From: a virus
DNA: 64,000 nt
IMG/VR virus record: IMGVR_UViG_3300032805_000001
Span: 56,104 to 120,103 of that record
Strand: one strand, 5' to 3'
Positions 1-9,522 of this stretch are shown here, one piece after another. Position 1 is the stretch's first letter; each line of letters begins with the position of its first letter. Made by a program: the position numbers and the translations under genes. Below the pieces are notes generated by a model. It was not told the DNA's origin, searched no databases, and worked only from the letters and a program-made list of their open reading frames with translations.

Positions 1-465
1 CAGCCCGGCGAGGTGTTCATCGCCGACTTCGAGGAGGGCAGTCATGGTCTCCTGACCGCCTGGTACAACGAGATGATCGCCTTGTATGGGCAGCAGATCG
101 CCCCCCATCTGTGGACCTACACGGGGCTGAACTTCGGGGCGGCGCAGGGTGTGCTGCCGGTTCAGTGGCTCGCCGACTACACCAGCGCCGAGCCGGCGTC
201 GCCGCACAAACTGTGGCAGTTCACTTCGGCGTACCCGGTGCCCGGGGTCGGGTCCTGTGACTGCTCGGTGTTCCACGGCACTATCGACGAGCTCGCGGGG
301 CTGGCCTGCCAGCCGGCCGCGGCGTCTTTCCATGTTTCGGTTGCGCCGCCCGGCTGGTGGAGGCCGGGAGGCCCGCTCACCCTGACCGGCCCGGCACCGG
401 ACGGCAGCATGTGGGAGACGAGCACCGGCGATGGGAAGACGTGGACTGAGCCGGCCAGGCAGTGA
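1..465 (+). CDS. GH25 muramidase (endolysin), 5'-truncated by the window
   Basis: DFEE catalytic-like motif, WTYTG and WQFTS...PGVGSCDCSVFHGT, typical of the GH25 C-terminal half. Confidence 0.75.
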   Translation, partial: QPGEVFIADFEEGSHGLLTAWYNEMIALYGQQIAPHLWTYTGLNFGAAQGVLPVQWLADYTSAEPASPHKLWQFTSAYPVPGVGSCDCSVFHGTIDELAGLACQPAAASFHVSVAPPGWWRPGGPLTLTGPAPDGSMWETSTGDGKTWTEPARQ

Positions 466-535
466 GGCCTGTGTGGCTGTAGGCTTCCCGATGGCTCCCT
501 GACACCTCACCAGGCACTCCCAACCCCCGAAGGCG

Positions 536-1330
536 ATGATGAAAACTTGGGACACGTTCATGCTCGGCGGTTCCGAGTCCGAGATGGACGTCCTTGAGTG
601 CAGGCTCCGGGAACTGGAGGGGGTTCCGGATCTGCATCACATCATCACCGAAGCTGAGATCACCCACCGCGGTGATCCGAAGCCGCTGTGGTTCAGGGAG
701 TTCCGGGAACGGTTCGCCTCGTGGGGGGAGCGGATCACCTACGTGCACGTCCCGGCGACCGCTCTCCCGTCACGGAGAGACAACCCGGACCCGTGGTCGC
801 GGGAGTACGCGCAGCGGGAGTTCTGCCACGCCGGCCTCGACCAGGCCGACCCCCGCGACATTGTGCTGCACGGCGACCTCGACGAGATCCCCCGGCCCGG
901 GGCGCTCGCCGCGGTCAGCGCGAAAGAGCTGCCGTTCCCGGCCGTGTTCCAGATGCGGCTGTGCATGTACGCCGTGGACTGGCTGCATCCGCTGCCGTGG
1001 CATGGGACGATCCGCACCCGGGTACGGTCGGCGGGGTCGTTCGCCAGTTTGCGGGGGATGCGGAACGACCTGCCGATGATCATGGAAGGCGGGTCGCATC
1101 TGTCGTGGATGGGCGGCACCCCCGCGCACGTCGACAAACTGGACACGCACTGTCACCTGGAGATGACCCCCGAGACGGAGACGGCGCTCCGGTCGGGGGA
1201 GTGGCTGCGGGAAGGCCGGCACAGCGACGGGCACACACTCGAGCCTGTTGACGTGGACGACACGTGGCCCCGGTGGGTGTTCGAGCGGAACTGCCCTAGC
1301 ACATGGTTCCGGCCGAGAAAGGAAACCTGA
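536..1330 (+). CDS. GT17 (MGAT3-like beta-1,4-GlcNAc transferase) family glycosyltransferase
   Basis: DTFM..E.DVLECRLREL, ITEAEITHRGDPKPL, WSREYAQR, GDLDEIP and GGSHLSW motifs. Confidence 0.8.
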   Translation: MMKTWDTFMLGGSESEMDVLECRLRELEGVPDLHHIITEAEITHRGDPKPLWFREFRERFASWGERITYVHVPATALPSRRDNPDPWSREYAQREFCHAGLDQADPRDIVLHGDLDEIPRPGALAAVSAKELPFPAVFQMRLCMYAVDWLHPLPWHGTIRTRVRSAGSFASLRGMRNDLPMIMEGGSHLSWMGGTPAHVDKLDTHCHLEMTPETETALRSGEWLREGRHSDGHTLEPVDVDDTWPRWVFERNCPSTWFRPRKET

Positions 1331-1332
1331 CG

Positions 1333-1980
1333 TTGCTCGTGTCCGTCCTGCTGCCCTCCCGGGGGCGGCCCGGCTCTCTCCACGGAACCATCACCGGCCT
1401 GTTCGAGCTCGCCACCGACCCCGGGCAAGTTGAGATCCTCATCGCCGCCGACCCCGACGACGACGCCACCATCCACGCCCCGCTCCCCGAAGGCAACATC
1501 CGCATGTGGGTCGCCCCGGAACGGTACGGCTACCACGGCCTGCACCACTACGTGAACCACCTCGCCACCATGTCCGGCGCGACGTGGCTGATGCTGTGGA
1601 ACGACGACGCGAAAATGCTCAGCCGGGGATGGGACGCTATCATCGGCGGCTACGACCCGTCCACCGTCATCTGGCCCACCCACAACGACGCCGCCGCCTA
1701 CGGGTGCAACATCTTCCCGATCTGGCCCCGCATCTGGACCGACTGCATGGGCCACGTCGCGCTCAACGCCCACTGCGACTCGTGGATCCAGGACGTCGGC
1801 AACGACCTCGGCCGGACCGGGGAACGGAACACGATCGCGATCATGCACGACCGGTTCGACCTGACCGGCGGTCACAACGACGGAACCTACCGCGACCGGA
1901 TCTACACCAAAGACGAATACTTCCAGATGGAAGAAGCCCGCCACGCCGACGCGGACAAGATCCGGGAAAAGCTCCATTAA
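1333..1980 (+). CDS. GT2-like (GT-A fold) glycosyltransferase
   Basis: VSVLLPSRGR N-terminus, EILIAADPDD, LWNDD; TTG start chosen just after the upstream stop. Confidence 0.7.
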   Translation: MLVSVLLPSRGRPGSLHGTITGLFELATDPGQVEILIAADPDDDATIHAPLPEGNIRMWVAPERYGYHGLHHYVNHLATMSGATWLMLWNDDAKMLSRGWDAIIGGYDPSTVIWPTHNDAAAYGCNIFPIWPRIWTDCMGHVALNAHCDSWIQDVGNDLGRTGERNTIAIMHDRFDLTGGHNDGTYRDRIYTKDEYFQMEEARHADADKIREKLH

Positions 1981-2585
1981 TGGGCGGTTCCGCTTACACG
2001 TACGCCGCCAGTCTCAGCTACACGCCGGAAGAATGCATCGTCGAGGTTGGCTCGGAACGCGGCGAAGGATCCACCGCATACCTTGCGTTTCTCGCCAGTG
2101 AATGCGGCGTCCCGTTCTTCTCGATCGACGTTGACCCGGACGCTGCGGAACGCGCCCGGAGCATCGGGGGCGTGCAGGTTCTTCTTGGTTACGCCGAGGA
2201 TCACCTCGCGAACTGGGATGGGCCGCCGGTCAGGTTCGCCTGGATCGACGGGCACGACTGGCCCTACTCCTGGTGTGCCCGGGAAACCTGGTTCAAAGAT
2301 CAGCAAGCACGGTACGCGGCCCGCGGTGACACCGTGACCGAGGAAGCGAGCATGGCGTCCCATCTGGTGATCGCCAGGCTTATTGATCCGCTGACCCGTT
2401 CAGGAACGGTAGTGATGTTCGACGACACCTGGCGTGACAGGAACCGGCGGCGCGGTGAGGGCCGCTGGCGCGGCAAAGGCGGCACGGCGGTCCCGTACCT
2501 GATCAAGACGGGGGCGTGGCGGCTGACCGGCTGCGTCAACGGCACCGAACCCGATGACGGCTTCGCCCGGCTGGAGAAAATGTGA
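1980..2585 (+). CDS. Class I SAM-dependent methyltransferase (Methyltransf_24-like)
   Basis: IVEVGSERGEGST, SIDVD, AWIDGHD, VVMFDD, GKG motifs; ATG overlaps the upstream TAA. Confidence 0.7.
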   Translation: MGGSAYTYAASLSYTPEECIVEVGSERGEGSTAYLAFLASECGVPFFSIDVDPDAAERARSIGGVQVLLGYAEDHLANWDGPPVRFAWIDGHDWPYSWCARETWFKDQQARYAARGDTVTEEASMASHLVIARLIDPLTRSGTVVMFDDTWRDRNRRRGEGRWRGKGGTAVPYLIKTGAWRLTGCVNGTEPDDGFARLEKM

Positions 2586-3823
2586 ACGTCGGCTGGATTG
2601 GCCTGGGCCGTCTCGGGCTGCCGTGCGCGCTGGTCCTCGACGCCGCCGGGCACACCGTCACCGGCTACGACCTGTCCCCGGTACCAGCAGAAATCCTCAC
2701 CGGCAAGTGTCCCCCGATGCAGGAAGAACACATCACCGGCCTGCTGGCCTCCTCGTCGCTGAAACTGCTCAGCTCACCCCGTGACGTGGCAGCCACCTCC
2801 GATGTTGTGTTCGTCGCCGTGCAAACCCCTCACGCGCCCGCCTACGGGGGAGAAGTACCCGCACCGGAGGACCGGCGGGACTTCGAGTACGCCTACCTTG
2901 TGCAGGCGTGCCGGGACGTGTGCGCCGCCGCAGCGGCCATGGCGAAACCTGTCACTCTCGTCGTCGTGTCCACGGTCCTGCCCGGCACCGTGAACCGGCT
3001 CATCCGCCCCCTCCTCAACCCGCATGTGCGGCTCATCTACTCCCCGGCGTTCATCGCGATGGGCACCACCATCAGCGACTACCGCAACCCCGAGTTCGTC
3101 ACCTGCGGCGTTGACCGGGACGAGGACGCGGAACCGCTACGGGACGTGTTCGGGGCCGTGCACACCCGGCCCCTGTTCGTCACCAGCATCGAAACCGCCG
3201 AACTGATCAAGGTCTTTTACAACTGTTTCATCAGCACCAAAATCGTCCTCGGTAACACGCTGATGGAGATCGCGCATAAGACCGGCGCGGACTGTGACGC
3301 GGTAATTGACGCCCTGACGCTGGCAACCGACCGGATCATCTCCCCGAAGTACCTGCGCGGCGGCATGGGAGACGGCGGCGGCTGCCACCCCCGCGACAAC
3401 ATCGCCATGTCCTGGCTCGCGGAACGCCTCGACCTGTCCTACGACCTGATGGGAGAAGTCACCAGGGCCCGGGAAGCGCAAACCTGGTGGCTCGCCGACC
3501 TCGCCCGCTCCTACGCCGACCAATCCGGCCTGCCGATCACAATCCTCGGGAAAGCCTACAAACCCGGCTCGGACCTCACCGCAGGCTCACCGGCGCTGCT
3601 GCTCGCCCACCAGTTGCGGGACAGGGAACCAGCCCACTGGGATCCCCACGTGGAACCACGATCAGCCTCACCGCTGCAACGCCCGGCCGTGTTCGTAGTC
3701 GCCACCCGGCACCCCGCCTTCAGCAAGGCCTGCTACCCGGAAGGGTCGATCGTCGTGGACCCGTTCGGGTACGTCCCCGACCATTCACACATCACCGTCA
3801 TCAGGGTGGGCCGCAAATCATGA
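2582..3823 (+). CDS. UDP-glucose/GDP-mannose dehydrogenase family
   Basis: GLGRLG Rossmann motif, VAVQTP, STVLPGT, K..YN, GGGCHPRD catalytic Cys, GKAYKP. Confidence 0.93.
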   Translation: MNVGWIGLGRLGLPCALVLDAAGHTVTGYDLSPVPAEILTGKCPPMQEEHITGLLASSSLKLLSSPRDVAATSDVVFVAVQTPHAPAYGGEVPAPEDRRDFEYAYLVQACRDVCAAAAAMAKPVTLVVVSTVLPGTVNRLIRPLLNPHVRLIYSPAFIAMGTTISDYRNPEFVTCGVDRDEDAEPLRDVFGAVHTRPLFVTSIETAELIKVFYNCFISTKIVLGNTLMEIAHKTGADCDAVIDALTLATDRIISPKYLRGGMGDGGGCHPRDNIAMSWLAERLDLSYDLMGEVTRAREAQTWWLADLARSYADQSGLPITILGKAYKPGSDLTAGSPALLLAHQLRDREPAHWDPHVEPRSASPLQRPAVFVVATRHPAFSKACYPEGSIVVDPFGYVPDHSHITVIRVGRKS

Positions 3824-4272
3824 GGAAGCTCAACCTGGGCTGCGGCACCCGTCCCCTGCCGTGGCATGTGAACGTCGACATCGTGCAGATGACCGGCGTC
3901 AACGTCGTCTGGGACCTCGACGTAACCCCGTGGGAGCCGTTCAAAGACGAAGAGGCCGACGAGATCGCCGGCTACGACATCTTCGAGCACGTCAACGACC
4001 CGATCGGGTTCATGTGCGAGTGCGCCCGGATCCTGAAACCCGGCGGCATCCTCAACTTGCACACCAACTACTGGCAGTCCCAGAACGCCTACACCGACCC
4101 GACCCACAAACGGTTCTGCACTGAGCGGACGTTCGAGTACTGGGTGAAAGGCACCGAGTTCAACGACCGGTACGGCCCCGCCTACGCACGCAACGGGATC
4201 GTGTTCGAGTACGTATCCGGCTTCCCCTGCCTGGAGGGCACCGAGCTGGCCGTGAAGATGCGGCGGATCTGA
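3820..4272 (+). CDS. SAM-dependent methyltransferase (type 11)
   Basis: LNLGCG, NVDI, FEH, RILKPGG, DPTH motifs; ATGA overlap with the upstream gene. Confidence 0.85.
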   Translation: MRKLNLGCGTRPLPWHVNVDIVQMTGVNVVWDLDVTPWEPFKDEEADEIAGYDIFEHVNDPIGFMCECARILKPGGILNLHTNYWQSQNAYTDPTHKRFCTERTFEYWVKGTEFNDRYGPAYARNGIVFEYVSGFPCLEGTELAVKMRRI

Positions 4273-4481
4273 TGGGCGGCTACAAGCTACTGCTGGTGCC
4301 AGTTGACGAGATAGACCCGTCATGGCCTGGATCGCCGCTAGAGGCCTTGGTGAGGGCCGAGCGCGGCGTTAGCCCGCTCAGGGCTGGCCCGTTCGAGGTG
4401 ATCGCGGACGTGGGCGAGGACAAGCGCATCAGGATGTCCCGCGCGCTCTACGACGAGATTGAGGTAGTGGACCCCCAGTGA
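4272..4481 (+). CDS. Hypothetical protein
   Basis: Short ORF translationally coupled on both sides. Confidence 0.45.
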   Translation: MGGYKLLLVPVDEIDPSWPGSPLEALVRAERGVSPLRAGPFEVIADVGEDKRIRMSRALYDEIEVVDPQ

Positions 4482-5272
4482 ACCTCTCCCGTACCGCCAT
4501 CATGATGACAGGCTGGCGCCGCCCCCAGTACCTGCGCCGCACCCTCGCCTCCTGGGCACGCGTCGACGGCGTGCACGACGTGGCCGCGTTCACCATCTGC
4601 CTCGACCCGTCCGACCGCACCACCGCCATGCTCCAGGTCGTCCACGAAGCACAAGACGCCGGGATGCCCGTCACCGCCCACGTCAACCCGGTCCACCTCG
4701 GCGTGTCCATCAACCCCGTCGAATCCGGCACCGCAATCCTCAAAGAATACGAGGACGTGGACTACCTCGTCCTCGCCGAAGAAGACCTTGTGGTCGCCGA
4801 CGACGTGCTCCGCTACCTCACCTGGGCCGATGAGACGTTCCGGGGCAACCCGGAGGTGCTCATCGCCTGCGCGCACTCACCGGACAACCCCACTGCAGAC
4901 GCCGACCCGGCCGCGGTCGTACTCCAGCGCCGGTTCCGGTGCTGGATCTGGGGAACCTGGCGGGACCGCTGGTTCGGCACGCTCGAACCGACATGGGATC
5001 GGGCGTACTACACGGGAAACCAGGAAACAGGACAGCAAGCCGGGTTCGACTGGCACCTCGACCTGCGGGTCATCCGCGGCAAAGACCCGCACACCAAAGG
5101 CCGGCAGTACCTGTGCGCCCTGCCGCTCGCATCCCGCAGCCAGAATATCGGCCGGTTCGAGGGCGTGCACGCCGACCCGACCGCCTTTCCCGCAACGCTC
5201 AACCCGTCGTTCCGGGAAACGTTCGGCGAAGTGGAGTACAAGGTTCGGTTCGGCCTGCAGGCGCCAGCCTGA
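4478..5272 (+). CDS. GT-A fold glycosyltransferase (GT13/GT2-like)
   Basis: WRRPQYLRRTLAS, VLAEEDL, WIWGTW..RW, SRSQNIG..GVH. Confidence 0.75.
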   Translation: MNLSRTAIMMTGWRRPQYLRRTLASWARVDGVHDVAAFTICLDPSDRTTAMLQVVHEAQDAGMPVTAHVNPVHLGVSINPVESGTAILKEYEDVDYLVLAEEDLVVADDVLRYLTWADETFRGNPEVLIACAHSPDNPTADADPAAVVLQRRFRCWIWGTWRDRWFGTLEPTWDRAYYTGNQETGQQAGFDWHLDLRVIRGKDPHTKGRQYLCALPLASRSQNIGRFEGVHADPTAFPATLNPSFRETFGEVEYKVRFGLQAPA

Positions 5273-5292
5273 TCACCGGGAAGAACGGGCCG

Positions 5293-6519
5293 TTACATCT
5301 CCTCGAGCTCTTTGAGTACCGGGACCAGGTGGTTGGCGAGCACAAGATCCGCGTCGTACGACTCAGCGAACGTCCGGGCCCGCTTCCGCCGCATCACCGC
5401 CGCCTCAGTGCCCTTCTCCTGGTAGGCCTCCTCGTACGCCGCGGCGATCTCACCGGCGTACGGGGCCTTCCACCAGGCGTTGTGCCCGGTGATGTGACCG
5501 AGCTGGCCGTTCCAGTACGGCTCACCGTCCACCAGCCACCCGGCCCCGCACAGTTCCGTCATCGCCGAATGATCAGTGACAACCGCCGGCGTGCCACCCG
5601 CGGCAGCCTCAACGATCGGCAACCCGAACCCTTCACCATGCGAAGCGTTCGACAGCAGGTCAAGGACCCCGTACCAGGCAGCGAGATTCACCGGCTTGAT
5701 CGCCCCGGTCACATACGTGTACCAGTCGCTGAACCGCACATGCTGATCCAGGTCCAGCGCCGACACGATGGCCTGCAAGTCCAGGGCACCCGGGGAGCGG
5801 GGGAGCGCGTGAATCAGCAGCAGCGCGTCATCATGCCGTTTACGGAACTCCGCGAACGCCCGCAACTGCGCCGGGTACGACTTGCGGATCGTGTCCTTGT
5901 TCGCCCCGTTGATCCCGATCAGGAATGCGTCCTCGGGCAAGCCGAGCTCGCGGCGGTTCTGCGCCGGGTCCGCGAGCGGCCGGTACACCTTCTGCGTCTC
6001 GATCCCGTGCGGGACATACAGCGGGGAGAACCCCGCCTTCCGCAGCTCCTGCTCGCCGTACCGGGACATCGCGATCGGCACTGCCCCGGACCGCTGCAAA
6101 GCCTGCCGGTCCATGATCCCCATCGGCTGGCAGTCGACCGGCATCCAGTTGGCCACCTTCAGGCCCTGCAACTGGCCCGGGTCGAGCACCCACTGATCCA
6201 TCAAGGTGATCACAAAGTCCGCGTTGGTGCGGAGAGCATGCTCGCGGAGGATGTCGTTGCCGTACGGGTCGACCGCGCCGGGCAGGACTGGGACACCGCC
6301 CCAGTCGATCGACATGCCCTGGATGCCGTAGTAGGCGGAAACGATCATCTCGTGGCCGAGAGCTTGCAGGCGGGGAATCCAGACCTGAGTCTGCTGCCCG
6401 TACCCAGTTATCGTGGGGCCGTTGGAGTGCCAGAGGATGCGGGCTACCGGAACCACCCCCGCGGGGTGGTCGTGATCGTCATGAGGTAAGGGTAACGGGA
6501 ACTGCCGCATGTAGCACAT
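5293..6519 (-). CDS. GT4 (GT-B fold) glycosyltransferase
   Basis: TGYGQQT, YVPHGIET, RKSYP, SHGEGFGLPIVEAAAGGTP. Confidence 0.9.
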   Translation of the reverse strand: MCYMRQFPLPLPHDDHDHPAGVVPVARILWHSNGPTITGYGQQTQVWIPRLQALGHEMIVSAYYGIQGMSIDWGGVPVLPGAVDPYGNDILREHALRTNADFVITLMDQWVLDPGQLQGLKVANWMPVDCQPMGIMDRQALQRSGAVPIAMSRYGEQELRKAGFSPLYVPHGIETQKVYRPLADPAQNRRELGLPEDAFLIGINGANKDTIRKSYPAQLRAFAEFRKRHDDALLLIHALPRSPGALDLQAIVSALDLDQHVRFSDWYTYVTGAIKPVNLAAWYGVLDLLSNASHGEGFGLPIVEAAAGGTPAVVTDHSAMTELCGAGWLVDGEPYWNGQLGHITGHNAWWKAPYAGEIAAAYEEAYQEKGTEAAVMRRKRARTFAESYDADLVLANHLVPVLKELEEM

Positions 6520-6615
6520 GGTGGATATGGGGTTCCTTGCATGCTTCTGGGCTACTCCCCCGCTCTGAAATTTTAGAGCGCGAGAAGACGGCTTCTCACG
6601 AATTGATCATGTATC

Positions 6616-7680
6616 ATGGGGGACATGACCATAACCCCGATCGAGCGGATCATCCTCCCGCCCGGCGACGGCCGGCCCGACTGGCTCCCCGTCGCCGTCA
6701 GCGGCACACCCGCCCCGCCACCCGGCATCGACCCGCACGCCGCCTACATCGCCCGGCTCAAGAGCCCGCAATCCAAGCGCGTCATGAACGGCTGCCTGAA
6801 CAACCTCGCCCGCATGATCGCCAGCGACGCCCTCGGCGCCGAACCCGAACTTGACGACAACCCCGGCAAGGCCTTCCCGTGGTGGCTGCTCCGCTACCAG
6901 CACACCTCCCGCCTCACAGCCCTCCTCGACAGCCACCAGCCGCCCTACGCAGCGTCCTACATCAACAAGCACCTCGCGGCGCTGCGCGGCATCCTTGAGG
7001 AATGCTGGAAACTTGAGCTGATGAGCGGCGACGACTACACCCGCGCCAGGCGCATCGAGGACGTCAAGTTTCACCGCGAGCCCGCCGGCCGGCTCATCCA
7101 CGACGACGACATGGCCAGGCTGCTCGCCGTCTGCTCGGACGGCATCATCGGAATCCGGGACACCGCGCTGCTCGCCACGCTGTACTGCACCGGTATCCGC
7201 TGCGAAGAAGCCGCCACCGCGCTCATCGAGCACTACGACGGCCGCGAGCGGACCCTGCGTGTCCTCGGCAAGGGAAACAAGGAACGCACTGTCCCCATCC
7301 ACCCGGCCGGGATCCCCCACCTTGAAACGTGGCTCGCCCTGCTCGGCGACCAGCGCGGGCCGCTGTTCCGCACCGTCGACAAGCACAACCGGATCGGCGG
7401 CGCGGTCAGCCCTGGTGCCATCCAGCGGCGGATCAGCCAGCGTTACCAGCAGGCCGGCATACGCAGGCTCACGGCACACGACTTCCGCCGGACGTTCCTC
7501 AGCGAGTTCCTCGATTCTGGTGCCGACGCGATGCAGGCACGAAAGGTCGCCGGGCACGCGAGCGTCGCCACGACCCAGCTTTACGACCTTCGCGAGGACC
7601 GCGGCATCCGCGAAGCCGTGAGCCGGATGAAGATCGCCCTCCCTGCCCCGCCGTCAGTGGATGCCGTCTCTCCTTCCTGA
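6616..7680 (+). CDS. Tyrosine recombinase
   Basis: Complete catalytic set: TGIR, GKGNK, HDFRR, AGHAS, LYD. Confidence 0.92.
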   Translation: MGDMTITPIERIILPPGDGRPDWLPVAVSGTPAPPPGIDPHAAYIARLKSPQSKRVMNGCLNNLARMIASDALGAEPELDDNPGKAFPWWLLRYQHTSRLTALLDSHQPPYAASYINKHLAALRGILEECWKLELMSGDDYTRARRIEDVKFHREPAGRLIHDDDMARLLAVCSDGIIGIRDTALLATLYCTGIRCEEAATALIEHYDGRERTLRVLGKGNKERTVPIHPAGIPHLETWLALLGDQRGPLFRTVDKHNRIGGAVSPGAIQRRISQRYQQAGIRRLTAHDFRRTFLSEFLDSGADAMQARKVAGHASVATTQLYDLREDRGIREAVSRMKIALPAPPSVDAVSPS

Positions 7681-7691
7681 CCTCTCCCCCC

Positions 7692-7725
7692 GAAAGCCCC
7701 CCGGCCTCCTCCGGGGGGCTTTCCT
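7692..7725 (+). terminator. GC-rich hairpin terminator
   Basis: gaaagccccccgg / ccggggggctttc inverted repeat directly after the recombinase stop. Confidence 0.7.
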
Positions 7726-7741
7726 TATACCTGGAGGCAGC

Positions 7742-8707
7742 GTGACCGTTCCCGCCCGTGTCCCCGGTTTGCGTGGCCGTCTCCCGGTCAAGCCGCCGGG
7801 TGAAAGGTTTGCTCTCCGGTTTGTCCACGAGTACGTCGTCGAGCCGCTTCCGGCACCGTCGTACCCGGTCGACGTGACCGGCGGGATCGGCGACCAGGAC
7901 TGGTTCATGCTAGGCAATGGCCCTGACCCAACCTGTACTACTCATCCCAACGGGGTGGGTGACTGCGGGTTCGCCGGCCGGCAGCACCTTCGCATGGCGA
8001 AGGCCGCGAACTACGGGCAGATGGAAACGTGGGAGACCAGCGACGAACTCGTCGCTGAGTACCTTGCGTACGACGGCGGCCAGGATGCCGGCGTGAACCT
8101 CGCTGACGTGCTTCTGGCGTGGTACAAGGCGGGGAGGATTTTCGGGTTCGCCCCGGTCGATCACACTGATCCGGCTGCGGTCGATTCGGCTATGGAGGCG
8201 TTCAATGGTGCCTACGCCGGTGTGAATCTGACCGATGATGCCAATGACTTGTTCAGCCAGGGTCAGCCGTGGACTGTCGCTGATGGTGAGCAGCCCGATC
8301 CTGACCAGGGTCATTGCATTGTGAAGGTGAAGGCGGACGGGCGGAGTGTCGACGGGTATGTGACGTGGGGGGCGCTGCAGCCGGCGATGGTGGATTGGAG
8401 TGCGGCTTGCCTGGAGGAAGTGTGGGCGGTGATTACTACTGAGGATGAGGCGGCGAAGGTTGACATGGCTGCGCTGGTGGCTGATATCGAGGCCTTGGGC
8501 GGTACGGTTCCCACGCCTGCGCCGGTTCCTCCCGCCCCATCTCCTCCAGCGCCGCCCGCCCCGCCGGTGCCGCCCGCACCGGTGCCACCCGCACCGCAGC
8601 CCGCGAACCTGCTCGAGGAACTCGCCGCCCGGATCCGCATGGTGGCCGCCTCCGCGCAGCAGGACATCACCGAACTGCTCGCGTTCCTCGCCTCACATGG
8701 CTTGTAA
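7742..8707 (+). CDS. Putative papain-like cysteine peptidase with Pro-rich linker
   Basis: MLGN...GDC (Cys), GHCIV (His) and YVTWG; PPAP repeats near the C-terminus. Confidence 0.5.
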   Translation: MTVPARVPGLRGRLPVKPPGERFALRFVHEYVVEPLPAPSYPVDVTGGIGDQDWFMLGNGPDPTCTTHPNGVGDCGFAGRQHLRMAKAANYGQMETWETSDELVAEYLAYDGGQDAGVNLADVLLAWYKAGRIFGFAPVDHTDPAAVDSAMEAFNGAYAGVNLTDDANDLFSQGQPWTVADGEQPDPDQGHCIVKVKADGRSVDGYVTWGALQPAMVDWSAACLEEVWAVITTEDEAAKVDMAALVADIEALGGTVPTPAPVPPAPSPPAPPAPPVPPAPVPPAPQPANLLEELAARIRMVAASAQQDITELLAFLASHGL

Positions 8708-8994
8708 CCGCCTGCTTTTCGTGTAGCCTTTTCGCTGGGTTCTGATTCTGGCACCTCCAGCCGGCCCCGGCTGAGCAACGTGATCCGGCCCCACTGAGGC
8801 GATCACGGACCCGTCCTGGCAAGTCGTTCTGGCCCCGCCTGAGCGCCCCGATCGCAGCAACTTCTCCTGGCTCCACCGGGGCGAAACATAACGGGTAGTA
8901 CGCAAAACATACCAGTGGTTATCACGGGCAGTAGTGGACACGGAAGGGGCTGTAGTGAGACGCTTCATCGGTCGGTCGTGTCAGGAGGCCGCTG

Positions 8995-9522
8995 ATGTTG
9001 ACGCGCATACAGCTGTTCGAGAAGATCCGCAGGGACCGGCGCCTGGAGCCGGACGTGTCGCAGCGAGAGCTGTCGCGGCGGTATAACGTGCACCGCAGGA
9101 CGGTGCGGGCGGCGCTGGAGTCAGCGATCCCGCCTCCTCGCAAGAAACCCGCCCGAGGCCGGCTCTCCGTCATAGGCCCCGCCGCGGTGTGGATCGACGC
9201 GATGCTGCGGGAAGACCTCACGGCCCCGCGCAAGCAGCGTCACACGATCCAGCGCATCCACGACCGGCTGCGGATCGAGCGGAGCCTTGACAGCGGCGAC
9301 CACTCGGCGCCGTTCCCCGTCGAACTGCCCATGCGCTGCATCGGGGCCGGGTGCAAGCCGGCCGGCGTCGTGCTGGATATGTTCGCGGGGACCGGGACGA
9401 CGTGCGAGGCGGCACGCAAGCTCGGACGGAAGGCCATCGGCATCGACCTGAATCCGGCCTCGCTGGACTTGGCCATACGACACCGGCTGAGCCAAGGGGA
9501 CTTGTTCGGTGATGCGGCGTGA
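8995..9522 (+). pseudogene. istA: Chimera: IstA N-terminal HTH fused to the C-terminal part of an N4/N6 DNA methyltransferase
   Basis: IRRD..SQRELSRRYNVHRRTVRAAL..APRKQRHT..RI.DRL (IstA) followed by H.APFPVELPMRCI..VLDMFAGTGTT..GRKAIGIDLN (MTase motif I). Confidence 0.8.

Noticed and set aside
4939-6489. 516-aa plus-strand ORF
   Set aside because: Antisense shadow of the GT4 gene; no motifs, and typical of high-GC DNA.
8515-8600. CCGCCC-rich repeats as a DNA element
   Set aside because: Explained by the Pro/Ala linker of the encoded protein.
8767-8794. Alternative left end for the IS21-derived element
   Set aside because: It lacks a terminal TG; 8743 gives TG plus the exact 8-bp duplication, so this is an internal repeat.
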